In this document: piece by piece, positions 42,489-51,794 of the stretch
Layout: every line of letters starts with the position of its first letter
How positions within the stretch are numbered: the stretch's first letter is position 1
NCBI GenBank assembly: GCA_032654565.1
Contig: JAULAX010000018.1
Coordinates: 192,001 to 256,000 of the forward strand
DNA from: Anaeromyxobacteraceae bacterium
GTDB lineage: Bacteria; Myxococcota; Myxococcia; Myxococcales; Anaeromyxobacteraceae
Reading direction: 5' to 3'
DNA length: 64,000 nucleotides
Position numbers and translations under genes: made by a program
Notes under the pieces: generated by a model
What the model was told of the DNA's origin: nothing
The model's database searches: none
The model's input: only the letters and a program-made list of their open reading frames with translations

Positions 42489-43949
42489 ATGAAGACCCCA
42501 GCCCGCCGGACCCTGCTCCTCGCCGCCGTCGCCCTGCTCGCCGCCTGCGGCGCCACCCCCGCCGTCGCCCCGGTCCCCCCGGGGGCCTCGACACCCAACA
42601 TGGTCCTCCAGGGGGCCATCACCGCCCGATCCCTCAACCAGATCGTGGTCAACGGGGTCACCGTCACCACCCCGCCGCTGGTCAAGATCGAGGGGGTCGA
42701 GCGGCCCGAGAGCGAGCTGAAGGAGGGGATGGAGGTCCGGGTCAAGCTCCACGCCGACGCCTCCGGCCGTCACGGCGAGGGGCTGGAGGTCCGGTTCGAG
42801 GACGCCGTCAAGGGGAGGGTGGAGGCCAGGGACGCCACCACGCTGTCGGTGGGCGGCCAGACCGTCCGCGTCGACGACACCACCCACTTCGAGGACGACG
42901 TCGCCCGCCTGGCCTCGGTGGCCACCGGTGACCGGGTCCGCGTCTCCGGCGTGCCCGACGACCGCGGCGGCCTGCGGGCGACGCGCATCGACAGGCTGCC
43001 CGGCGTCTCCGACGACTTCGAGCTGAAGGGGATGGTCTCCGGCCTCGGCGCCGGCGGCTTCACGCTCAAGACCTCGCCCGACGCCGGCCCGGCCGACACC
43101 TACACCGTCAACCTGCTGGGCGGTGCCACCCTGCCGGCCGGCCTCGCCGACGGCAGCCTGGTCGAGGTCCGCTCGCTGAAGCCGGTGCAGGCCGGCCAGG
43201 TCATCGAGGCCTCGTCCATCGCCCTCGAGGACCGGCTCTCCGGCGTCGAGGGGGGCGAGAGCGAGCTGGAGGGGATCGTCACCTCCGGCGCCGCCGCCTC
43301 GTTCGTGCTGGCCGGCACCACCGTCACCACCTCGGCCACCACCAGCTGGACCGGCGGCCTCCCCGGCGACCTGCTGCCGGGCGTCAAGGCCGAGGCCGAG
43401 GGCGTGCTCGGTCCGGACGGCGTGCTGGCGGCCACCAAGGTCTGCTTCAAGGCCAGCTCGTACCTGCAAGGGGCGGTCGCCAGCCTGTCGGTGGACGCCG
43501 CCGGGGTCGGCACCTTCACCGTCAACGGCGTGCGGGTGAGCGTCGACGCCCTCACCGAGCAGCGCGACGCGGTGTCGTCGCTGGTGAGCGGTGACCTCGT
43601 CGAGGTCAGCGGCGCGCCGGGGCGTGACGGCCTCTCCCTGGTCTCCACCCGCGTCAAGCGGACCAGCGACGTCCGGCCGGTGATCCGGGGGCTGGTCAGC
43701 GCCAAGGACGCCGCCGCCGGGACGCTGACCATCCTCGGAAAGACCATCTCCCTGGCCGCCCTGGAGTCGGGCGGGCTGCACGCCCACTCCGACGTCTCCG
43801 GCGTGAGCGGCTCCACCATGACCTCGGCCGAGTTCTTCGCCGCCGTGACCCCGGGGATCACCGAGGCCAAGGCGCGCGGCAAGGACCAGGCCGCCTTCGT
43901 CGACCCGGTGCTCACCGCCAGGGAGGTCGAGCTGGAGGGGGACCGGTAG
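42489..43949 (+). CDS. DUF5666 repeat lipoprotein
   Basis: LAAC lipobox; about six repeats of G.V.....L.V.G..V......T......L..G..V.V.G.......A..I. Confidence 0.85.
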   Translation: MKTPARRTLLLAAVALLAACGATPAVAPVPPGASTPNMVLQGAITARSLNQIVVNGVTVTTPPLVKIEGVERPESELKEGMEVRVKLHADASGRHGEGLEVRFEDAVKGRVEARDATTLSVGGQTVRVDDTTHFEDDVARLASVATGDRVRVSGVPDDRGGLRATRIDRLPGVSDDFELKGMVSGLGAGGFTLKTSPDAGPADTYTVNLLGGATLPAGLADGSLVEVRSLKPVQAGQVIEASSIALEDRLSGVEGGESELEGIVTSGAAASFVLAGTTVTTSATTSWTGGLPGDLLPGVKAEAEGVLGPDGVLAATKVCFKASSYLQGAVASLSVDAAGVGTFTVNGVRVSVDALTEQRDAVSSLVSGDLVEVSGAPGRDGLSLVSTRVKRTSDVRPVIRGLVSAKDAAAGTLTILGKTISLAALESGGLHAHSDVSGVSGSTMTSAEFFAAVTPGITEAKARGKDQAAFVDPVLTAREVELEGDR

Positions 43950-44167
43950 GGCCCGGAGCCAGGCCTGAGCACCAGGCGGGAGCCGATCCTCTCGCTGCCG
44001 CTTCGGCGGGAACCCGGGGACGGTGGGCCAGTCAGGCCACCGTCCCCGGAGCCGTTCCAGGGGTGCATCTGGTGCGGCCCGGAGCCTCCGGCCCGATTAG
44101 ATCCACTCCGGGTTTCCGGGTGGCACGTCCGGGGCGGGTCCGGTGTCATGAAGGATGGAGGCGGTAC

Positions 44168-44662
44168 GTGAGCGAGCACCGCAGCAAGGCGGCGGAGCTG
44201 TACCGGACCCATGGTCCGGCGGTCTACCGTCGCTGCCTGCGGATCCTCAGGGATCCTGAGGCGGCCCGGGACGCGACGCAGGAGGTCTTCGTGAAGCTGA
44301 TCCGCGACATGTCGAAGCTCGAGGACCGCGAGACCGTGCTCCCCTGGATCTACCGGGTGGCCACCAACCACTGCCTCAACCACCGGCGCAACGCCTCCCG
44401 CCGCGGCGAGGACGCCGCCGCCGCGCCGCTGGAGCTGGCCGACTCGGTCCCACCGGACACGTTCCCCGACCGGCAGCTGGCCCAGCTGATCCTCTCCAGG
44501 TTCGACGCCGCCACCCAGACCGTCGCCGTCGGCGTGCTGGTCGACGGCATGGAGCAGGAGGAGGTGGCCGAGGTGCTGGGGCTCTCCCGCCGCACCGTGG
44601 CCCGCAAGCTGGCCCGCTTCCTGGAGCAGGCCCGTCACCAGGTCGACCGGAGCTGGTCATGA
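44168..44662 (+). CDS. ECF RNA polymerase sigma factor
   Basis: GTG 44168 after GGAGG; AARDATQEVF, WIYRVATNHCLN, EEVAEVLGLSRRTV. Confidence 0.92.
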   Translation: MSEHRSKAAELYRTHGPAVYRRCLRILRDPEAARDATQEVFVKLIRDMSKLEDRETVLPWIYRVATNHCLNHRRNASRRGEDAAAAPLELADSVPPDTFPDRQLAQLILSRFDAATQTVAVGVLVDGMEQEEVAEVLGLSRRTVARKLARFLEQARHQVDRSWS

Positions 44663-45414
44663 CCGCCCGCTGCCCCTCCGATCTCGCGCTGGAACGTCAC
44701 CTGCTCTCGCCGGAGCGCTCCACGCTCACCGCCCACCTGGCGGCCTGCCCGGCCTGCGCCGCCCGGCTCCAGACCATGCAGCGGCAGGGGGAGGAGTTCC
44801 TCCGCTACGTCTACCCGGCCACGGTGGAGGCGGTGGAGGCGGCCGCGGCCTCCGGACCGTCCGGCGCGGTCCGCTGGCTCCGCTGGCTGGCGCTGGTCCC
44901 GGCCCTCGGCGCCGCCGCCGCCCTGGCGCTCTTCCTCGCCTTCCCATCGGCGCCGCCCGACGACTACCTCGGGATCAAGGGTGGCGGCGCGCTCGGCCTC
45001 ACCGTCTTCGTCCAGGAGGGGGCCAACGCCAGGCCGGTCCGCGACGGCGAGACGGTCCCCGCCGGGGCGGCGCTCCGCTTCCGCGTCCGCACCGCCCGCG
45101 CCTGCCGCCTCTGGGTCCTCTCGGTCGACGGCCGCGGCCAGGTCTCGCGCCTCTACCCGACCCAGGGCGAGGGGGGGGCGGTGCTGGAGCGGACCGCCGA
45201 TCTCCCCGGCGGCGCCCTGCTCGACGGGCTGGCCGGGCCGGAGCGGGTGGTGGCCCTCTGCGCGCCGGAGGCGCTGCCCTGGGCCGGCGCCGAGGCGGCG
45301 GTGCGCGCCGCCTTCCCGGCGCCCGGTCCGGAGCCGGTCCGCCGCGGCGCCGTGGTGGCCGGGCTCCCCGCCGGCGCGGCGCAGGACGCCGTGCTCCTCG
45401 AGAAGCGGCCTTGA
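44659..45414 (+). CDS. ZAS (zf-HC2) transmembrane anti-sigma factor with DUF4384-like periplasmic domain
   Basis: HLAACPAC (HxxxCxxC), one TM, then Ig-like region LRFRV...LWVLSVDGRGQVSRLYP. Confidence 0.8.
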   Translation: MTARCPSDLALERHLLSPERSTLTAHLAACPACAARLQTMQRQGEEFLRYVYPATVEAVEAAAASGPSGAVRWLRWLALVPALGAAAALALFLAFPSAPPDDYLGIKGGGALGLTVFVQEGANARPVRDGETVPAGAALRFRVRTARACRLWVLSVDGRGQVSRLYPTQGEGGAVLERTADLPGGALLDGLAGPERVVALCAPEALPWAGAEAAVRAAFPAPGPEPVRRGAVVAGLPAGAAQDAVLLEKRP

Positions 45415-45416
45415 GC

Positions 45417-46916
45417 ATGCGCCTCCTCGCCGCCGCCCTGGTCCTGGCCCTGCCGCTCCTGGCCGGCGCCACGCCCGGCCGGATCGCGGTGGTGGTCGGC
45501 ATGAACCAGGGGGCCGAGGGGCGCTCCCGGCTCTGGTTCGCCGAGAAGGACGCCGAGCGCTTCCAGCGGGCCCTGGTGGAGCTGGGGGACTTCTCCGCCG
45601 ACGCCGTCGAGCTGCTGCGCGGCCCCACCGCCGGCGCCTTCCGCCAGGCGCTGGTCCGCGCCGAGGCCCGGGTCCAGGCGGCCCGCGCCAGCGGCGAGCG
45701 GACCCTGCTGCTGGTGTTCTACTCCGGCCACGCCGGCGCCGGCGGCCTGGAGTTCGGCGCCGAGCGGGTCGGCTACGACGAGCTCAAGGCGGCGGCGGCC
45801 GGCTCCGGCGCCGAGGCCCGGGTGGTGGTGGTGGACGCCTGCGAGGCCGGCGCCCTGACCCAGGTGAAGGGGGCGCGGGGCGAGGCCCGGGTCGACTTCG
45901 CGCTGCCGGTGGACGAGGTGCGGGGCACCGCCTTCATCGCCTCCACGGCGGTGGGCGAGGCGGCCCAGGAGTCGGCGGCCATCGGCGGCAGCTTCTTCAC
46001 CCACCACCTCGAGGTGGCGCTCCGCGGCGCCGGCGACACCGACGGCGACGGCCAGGTGACGCTGGCCGAGGCCTTCCGCTACACCTCGCAGGCCACCGTC
46101 TCCGACACCTCGGCGACCCGCACCGGCGCCCAGCACCCCACCTACGACTTCCGCATGTCCGGCCGCGGCGACGTGGTGCTGGCCGACCTGCGCCGCGCCG
46201 AGGCCCGGCTGCTGGTGCCGGCCGATCCCGGCGCGCTCTACGTGCTGCGCGGCCCGCGCGGCCTGACCGCCGAGGTGCCGGCCGGGGCGACGGCGCTGGC
46301 GCTGGCCCTGCCGGTCGGCGACTACGCCGTGGAGCGGCGGGCCCGCGACGGCCGCGCCCTCGGCCAGGTCCGGCTCGGCCGCGGCGAGACCCGGGCCCTG
46401 CCGCAGCTGGTGCCGACCCGCTACGAGGTGGCCCGCTCCAAGGGCGGCCCGCTGCCGACCGAGCTCTGGGTGGGCGCCGGCCTGCAGGCCACCGGCCTCC
46501 CCGGCACCGCGGCGCTCCCCGGCTTCCGGCTGGGGCTGCGGCGCGAGGTCGGCCCGCTGGCCCTGGTGGTCCACGCCGACTACGCCGCCGGCGACGTCAC
46601 CGACCGGGGGCTCGGCTATGGCTACACCCGCGCCGGCGGCGGCCTCAGCGTCCTGCTCCCCGTGGTCGGCGGCCGGGCCCTCCTCGAAGGGGGCCTCGAC
46701 GTCGGCGGCGGCTGGAACAGCCAGGCCCTCGGCGACGGGCGCCACTTCGAGACCGGCGACCTGACCGCCGGCCTGGCCGTGCGCGGCTCGATGCCGGTGG
46801 GGCCGCTCCGGGCCGCCCTCGACCTCACCGGCGGCGGCAAGCTCTTCAGCCTGAACGGCGCCCGGGTGATTCGCCCGGTGGCCAACCTCTCCCTGCTGCT
46901 CCTCTACGGGCTCTGA
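45417..46916 (+). CDS. exported caspase-family (C14) protease with C-terminal beta-barrel-like region
   Basis: Signal peptide; FYSGHA and VVDACEAG His/Cys dyad; AQES, SFFTH; DTDGDGQVTLAE; amphipathic strands at C-terminus (alternative TTG start 45411). Confidence 0.88.
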   Translation: MRLLAAALVLALPLLAGATPGRIAVVVGMNQGAEGRSRLWFAEKDAERFQRALVELGDFSADAVELLRGPTAGAFRQALVRAEARVQAARASGERTLLLVFYSGHAGAGGLEFGAERVGYDELKAAAAGSGAEARVVVVDACEAGALTQVKGARGEARVDFALPVDEVRGTAFIASTAVGEAAQESAAIGGSFFTHHLEVALRGAGDTDGDGQVTLAEAFRYTSQATVSDTSATRTGAQHPTYDFRMSGRGDVVLADLRRAEARLLVPADPGALYVLRGPRGLTAEVPAGATALALALPVGDYAVERRARDGRALGQVRLGRGETRALPQLVPTRYEVARSKGGPLPTELWVGAGLQATGLPGTAALPGFRLGLRREVGPLALVVHADYAAGDVTDRGLGYGYTRAGGGLSVLLPVVGGRALLEGGLDVGGGWNSQALGDGRHFETGDLTAGLAVRGSMPVGPLRAALDLTGGGKLFSLNGARVIRPVANLSLLLLYGL

Positions 46917-46918
46917 CC

Positions 46919-48337
46919 GTGCGCCTCGCCTGCTCGCCCGCCACGCTGCGCGTCGCCCTGCTGGCCGGGCTGCTCCTCGGCGCCTGCGACGGCACCCTCC
47001 ACGACGCGGCCGGCGTGCCGCCCGCGGCCGGCGGTGGCCCCGACTGCCCCGCCCCCCAGCACATCTGCGGCGGCTCCTGCGTGGTCCAGTCGGTGGCCGC
47101 CTGCGGCCCCTCCTGCCAGGCCTGCACCGCCGGGACCGCCAACGCCACCGCGGTCTGCGAGGCCGGGGGGACCGGCGCCTTCGCCTGCGGCCAGGTCTGC
47201 CAGGCCGGCTGGCTCGCCTGCGCCAGCGGCTGCTGCCGCGCCGCGGCCGTGGCCGCCGGCGACGTCCACGCCTGCGCCGTCACCAGCGACGGCGGCCTGC
47301 TCTGCTGGGGCAAGAACGACGCCGGCCAGCTCGGCCCCGGCGCCGCCGGGCTGCTCCGCTCGGCCCGGCCGGTCACCGTCTTCACCGCGGGCGTCACCGC
47401 GGTGGCCGCCGGGGGGAGGCACACCTGCGCCGTGCAGGGCGGCCTGGTCCGCTGCTGGGGCTCCAACCTGTCGGGCCAGCTGGGCGACGGCACCGCCACC
47501 ACCACCGCGGGCATCGTCTCCACCGGGCTCACCGGCGCCACGGCGCTGGCCCTCGGGGCCGACCACTCCTGCGCCATCGTCGGCAGCGGGGCCGGGGCCT
47601 CGGTGAGCTGCTGGGGGGCCAACGGGTCGGGGCAGCTCGGCACCGGCGACTTCACCGCCCACGCCGCGCCGGTGGCGTCGCTGGTCACCGCAGGGGTCAC
47701 CTCGCTGTCGGCGGCGGGCGACGACACCTGCGCGGTGGCCGCCGGCCAGGCCCGGTGCTGGGGGCTCGACCTCGAGGGTCAGACCGGCTCCCGCGACGCC
47801 TCGACGCCACGCCTGCCCAAGGCGACGCCACAGCTGGTGGGGATCCCGGGCTCGGCGCTCCAGGTGGCCGTCGGCCGGAAGCACGCCTGCGCCACCTCCA
47901 GCGGCGGTGGGACGCCGCTCTCCTGCTGGGGCTCGGGCGGGGAGGGCGAGATCGGGAACGGGCTCCTCGACACGCCGGTGCTGTCGCCGCTCCAGGCCTC
48001 GGTGATCGACAACGGCCAGCGGGCCGCGGTCTTCGTCACCGGCGAGGCCTTCACCTGCTCTGCCAAGGTGGGCGAGGTCTCGATGGTCTGCAACGGGCGC
48101 AACGACCAGGCCCAGTGCGGGCTGGCCCCGACCGGCACCCCGGTGCTGGATCGGAGCGGCCCGTCCTTCGGCGGCGTGGTGCTCTCCGCCGCGGCCGGCC
48201 GCGCCTTCACCTGCGTCCTCGCCGACGTCGGCGGCGCCCCGGTGGTGAAGTGCTGGGGCGCCAACGCCGACGGGCAGCTGGGGCGCGCCACCCCCTCGTC
48301 GGCCCCCTCGCCGACGCCGGAGCTGGTCGAGAACTGA
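46919..48337 (+). CDS. Cys-rich lipoprotein with RCC1/BLIP-II repeats
   Basis: GTG 46919; LGAC lipobox; repeated AGxxHxCA...CWGxNxxGQLG. Confidence 0.88.
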   Translation: MRLACSPATLRVALLAGLLLGACDGTLHDAAGVPPAAGGGPDCPAPQHICGGSCVVQSVAACGPSCQACTAGTANATAVCEAGGTGAFACGQVCQAGWLACASGCCRAAAVAAGDVHACAVTSDGGLLCWGKNDAGQLGPGAAGLLRSARPVTVFTAGVTAVAAGGRHTCAVQGGLVRCWGSNLSGQLGDGTATTTAGIVSTGLTGATALALGADHSCAIVGSGAGASVSCWGANGSGQLGTGDFTAHAAPVASLVTAGVTSLSAAGDDTCAVAAGQARCWGLDLEGQTGSRDASTPRLPKATPQLVGIPGSALQVAVGRKHACATSSGGGTPLSCWGSGGEGEIGNGLLDTPVLSPLQASVIDNGQRAAVFVTGEAFTCSAKVGEVSMVCNGRNDQAQCGLAPTGTPVLDRSGPSFGGVVLSAAAGRAFTCVLADVGGAPVVKCWGANADGQLGRATPSSAPSPTPELVEN

Positions 48338-48377
48338 GCCGGCCGGCGTGGCCGGATCCCCGCCGGTCGGGCCCGCG

Positions 48378-49151
48378 CTAGAGCGGATCGGTGATGGTGG
48401 CTCCGTCGATGGTGACCGCCGACTGGGCCAGCAGCCGGCCGATGACCACGCCGCCGGTCTGCACGGTGATGGCGGTCTGGCCGAGGATGATCCCCTCGAA
48501 GTGCGAGGTGGTCCCCAGCGACACGGCGCCGGAGACCTGCCAGAAGACGTTCTTGGCCCGGGCCCCGCCGGTCAGGTTCACCCGCACCGCGTTCCCCACC
48601 GTCAGGCCCTGGGCGATCTGGAAGATCCAGACATCCGAGGCGCCCCCCGAGAGCGTGACGTTGGTGGGGATGAGCAGGCCGGAGCCCCACTTGTAGACGC
48701 CCGCGGTCAGGGTCCGACCGCCGATGTCGCCGGCGCCGAGCTCGGTGACGCCGGCGGCGCGCCCGGCCGCGTCGGTGAAGGCGGTCTGCATGTCGGCGAT
48801 CGCCGTGGTCATGTTGGAGGGCGTGGGCGGCGCGTAGTCGGAGGCGTAGATCCGCCCGGTCACCTGCGGCGCGGTGGCGAACACGTTGGTGGCGTCCATG
48901 GTCAGCGCCAGGCCGGAGATGCCGGCGGCGGCGTTGGGGCTGAGGCCGACGTTGCCGGTGACGGCGCTGGTGGGGACCACCGTGACCGCGGTCTTGGCCA
49001 GCATCACGAAGCCGCCGGCCGCCCCCAGCCCCACCGGTCCGCCGCTGCCCCCCGAGTCGCTGCTGCCGCAGGCGGAGAGGGAGAAGAGCAGGGCGGTCCC
49101 TGCGGCGAAGAGGAAGGAACGGTTCTTCAGGTTGAAGCGCTGGATCGTCAT
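48378..49151 (-). CDS. DUF3494 ice-binding-like lipoprotein
   Basis: LSAC lipobox; FVMLAKTAV, TGNVGLSP, DMQTAFTDAAGR, LTAGVYKW, WIFQIA, AKNVFWQV, GRLLAQSAVT. Confidence 0.9.
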   Translation of the reverse strand: MTIQRFNLKNRSFLFAAGTALLFSLSACGSSDSGGSGGPVGLGAAGGFVMLAKTAVTVVPTSAVTGNVGLSPNAAAGISGLALTMDATNVFATAPQVTGRIYASDYAPPTPSNMTTAIADMQTAFTDAAGRAAGVTELGAGDIGGRTLTAGVYKWGSGLLIPTNVTLSGGASDVWIFQIAQGLTVGNAVRVNLTGGARAKNVFWQVSGAVSLGTTSHFEGIILGQTAITVQTGGVVIGRLLAQSAVTIDGATITDPL

Positions 49152-49229
49152 GCGTGACTCCTGGTGAGGTGGTGAGGCGGATCCCGCGCTGAGTTCTCGG
49201 GGTCCGTCGCCACCCACCATGGTCTGCAC

Positions 49230-49255
49230 GGGGCATACCCCTAGGGGTCGGCCCC
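49230..49255. promoter_or_regulatory. palindromic putative operator GGGGC-AT-ACCCCTAGGGGT-CG-GCCCC
   Basis: Perfect 12-bp core dyad with 5-bp outer arms, upstream of the DUF3494 gene. Confidence 0.55.
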
Positions 49256-49415
49256 AAGCTGGCGTGATTGCGGCCGAGTCCGAAGCGCGACGCGGCCAGC
49301 GCGCCGTTCACGAACGTTCGCAGGGTCCGGTTCGGAGAGCTGCCGGAGCCGGGGCTGGCCGGCGAGTGCCTGGCGCGCAGCGGGCTGCACGTCGCCGAGC
49401 TCGGCGGCGCAGCGC

Positions 49416-49676
49416 AGCGTCGAGGGGGTGCAGCCGCGCCTGCAGCTGGTGCTGGAGCGGCGCGACGGCGAGGACCAGGTGACGGTGCTGGTCGAGGTGG
49501 ACGAGGGGACCTTCTTCGACGAGATGAAGCGGCAGGCCGAGCTGAAGGGGGCCATCCAGCGCCGGCTGGCCACGGCGCTGGGCGTGGCCGTCGAGGTGAA
49601 GCTGGTGGGGCCCCGGGCCCTGGAGCGGGGAGGGGAGAAGGGGGCGCGGGTGGTCGATCGGCGCGGGCCGGGCTGA
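49416..49676 (+). pseudogene. paaK: 3' remnant of phenylacetate-CoA ligase (PaaK C-terminal domain only)
   Basis: SVEGVQPRLQLVLERRDGED...VEV..FFDEMK...LGVAVEVKLV.P..LER..EKGARVVDRR resembles the PaaK C-terminus; no AMP-binding domain or clear RBS upstream. Confidence 0.7.
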
Positions 49677-49761
49677 TCCGTCGCCGGCGCGCGCCCGGCC
49701 AGGCCTGTCGGATCCGGTCCGCGCCCCGGGCCGGAGGGGAAGGCGGGTGCGCGAAGCGGTG

Positions 49762-51780
49762 CTAGTACACCAGCTGGATCCCCAGGACGTTGTAGGCCGC
49801 GGCCGTGCTCGAGCCGAGCGAGAACCAGAACAGGTCGCCGGCTGCCGGCATGGTGGTGGTCGGGCAGACCGTGGCGTTCCCCGCGAAGGTGAGCAGGCCG
49901 GTCCCGCCGGCCGCAACGGTCAACGAGACCGGCGCATAGGACCACCGCGAAGTCGGGACAGCCACCCCCGAACCGATTCCGCTGGCGAAGAAGAAGAAGC
50001 TGTAGGTCACGGCGGCCGCCGATGGATTGTTGATCGTCACCTTGATGGTCGGATTGGCCGAAATGGGCATGGGCGTGTAGACCTGCACGGCGTCTTGCGA
50101 AGAGGCGCCGGAAGGAACGCTGATGGCCTTGGACTTGGGCCAGGCCCCCACGGTGATGTTCGCGGGCGTGGCCGGCGCCGTGACGAGGCAGTCGGACAGC
50201 GGGACGTTCACGAAGATGGGATGGGAGTGGTCCGAGCGCGCCGCCGAGGTCGCCGCGCCGGTTCCGGCGAAGTTGACGGCCAGCGTCGCGGCGCCTGATG
50301 CCGCGCCGCCGGTCAGGCCGGCGCCGGCGACCACCGAGGTGATGGTGCCGTTGGCGAAGTCGGTGACACAGACCAGGGCGCTGCCGTTCCAGGTGAGGAT
50401 CTGTCCGGCACCACAGGCCGCGGCGGGCCCGGCCAGCGGGGTGACCCAGGCGAAGGTGTCGGAGGCGGTGCGCGAGGGGACCTGCCCGGTGTTCGGCAGG
50501 GTCGCCGTGGTCAGGTTCGACGGCTTGATGACGTTGGCGATGACCGAGTTGGCGACCTGGGCGGTCTGGGCGTTGGTGGCGGAGCTGGCGGTCGTGGCCG
50601 AGGTGGCGTTCCCGCTCAAGGGGCCCACGAAGCTGGCCGCGCTGATGGTCGAGGCGTTCACCACGCCGGTGAAGGTGGGGCTGGCGGTCGGCGCCTTGGC
50701 GTCGAAGCGGGCGTAGTCGGCGGCGGCGATGTAGCCGGCGTTGCCGGTGCCGTCGCCGGCGTGGAACATCTTCAGGGTCGGCACCGTGGTGCCGGTGATG
50801 GTGATGGGCGTGCCGACGGCGGCGGCCACGCCGGTCACGGTGCCGGTGCCGGCCTGGTCGGTGACGCACTGGAAGGCCGTGCCATTCCAGTCGAGGACCT
50901 GGCCGGGCAGGCAGGCGGCGCCCGGCGACGGGGCCTTCCCGCTGAAGGCGGCGAAGTCGAGCGGGTCGATGAAGCCGCTGGTGGTGGCGGTGGCGTGGGC
51001 GATGCTGAGGGCGGGCGTGGCGCCGCCGGTGGAGATCAGGGGGGCGGTGACGCTGATGCTGGTGACGCCGCCGGTGCCGCCGGTGGGTGTGGCGATGCAG
51101 CTCCAGACGCCGCCGTTCGACTGCAGGATCTGGCCGTTGGCGCAGGGCGTGAGGGTCACCGGGGCGACGGAGAGGCCGGTGCCGGAGAGCGGAAAGGCGG
51201 TGATCACGGAGGTGATCCCGGTGTCGAGGTCGGCGGCGCAGGCCCAGGCGGTGCCGTTCCACTTCATCACCTGGTTGGTGGCGCAGCTGGGCGGCGTGAA
51301 GCCGCCGGTCCCGGACGGCGTGGCGATGCAGGTCCAGGCCGTCCCGTTCCACTGCAAGACCTGGTTGGCCACCGTGCACCCGGAGATGCCGGCGTAGTCG
51401 ACCGAGAGGGCGTAGGTGGCGGCGCCGATCGTGACCCTGGGGGTCATCTCCACACCGTCGGCCACCACCGTGACGCCGAGGTACATCTGGTTGAGGAACT
51501 GCGTGTCGGGGAGCGGCACCCCCGACGCGCCCAGCACCACCGAGAACCATCCGGTGGCCGGGTCGGTCGGCACCGCCGTGAAGCTCTCGGTCCACAAGGG
51601 GAGGCCCCCGGTGGCGACGTCGTAGAGCTTGAAGGTGAGGCCCTGCGCCACCGTCTCCACCGCCCCGCCGGTCTTCTTCAAGATGCCGGAGTAGGTCATC
51701 ACGCCCTGGTTCGGCACCGCCGAGGCCAGGGTGGGGAGGAGCACCGCGAGGGCCAGGCCGAGGTTCCTGATGGTCTTCAT
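49762..51780 (-). CDS. secreted repetitive fibre/adhesin-like protein
   Basis: ATG 51780 after GGAG; signal peptide; N-domain TYSGIL...FKLYD...LWTE...FSVVLG...EMTPR...YAL; five C-x3-4-Q(V/I)(L/M)x(W/S)NG-x4-C repeats; RSDHSH; distinct C-terminal domain. Confidence 0.8.
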   Translation of the reverse strand: MKTIRNLGLALAVLLPTLASAVPNQGVMTYSGILKKTGGAVETVAQGLTFKLYDVATGGLPLWTESFTAVPTDPATGWFSVVLGASGVPLPDTQFLNQMYLGVTVVADGVEMTPRVTIGAATYALSVDYAGISGCTVANQVLQWNGTAWTCIATPSGTGGFTPPSCATNQVMKWNGTAWACAADLDTGITSVITAFPLSGTGLSVAPVTLTPCANGQILQSNGGVWSCIATPTGGTGGVTSISVTAPLISTGGATPALSIAHATATTSGFIDPLDFAAFSGKAPSPGAACLPGQVLDWNGTAFQCVTDQAGTGTVTGVAAAVGTPITITGTTVPTLKMFHAGDGTGNAGYIAAADYARFDAKAPTASPTFTGVVNASTISAASFVGPLSGNATSATTASSATNAQTAQVANSVIANVIKPSNLTTATLPNTGQVPSRTASDTFAWVTPLAGPAAACGAGQILTWNGSALVCVTDFANGTITSVVAGAGLTGGAASGAATLAVNFAGTGAATSAARSDHSHPIFVNVPLSDCLVTAPATPANITVGAWPKSKAISVPSGASSQDAVQVYTPMPISANPTIKVTINNPSAAAVTYSFFFFASGIGSGVAVPTSRWSYAPVSLTVAAGGTGLLTFAGNATVCPTTTMPAAGDLFWFSLGSSTAAAYNVLGIQLVY

Positions 51781-51794
51781 GTGGTCTCCACGCT

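Noticed and set aside
49762..51780. Diversity-generating retroelement target or prophage tail gene
   Set aside because: No reverse transcriptase, no adenine-variant template repeat and no phage genes in the window; the protein has a signal peptide
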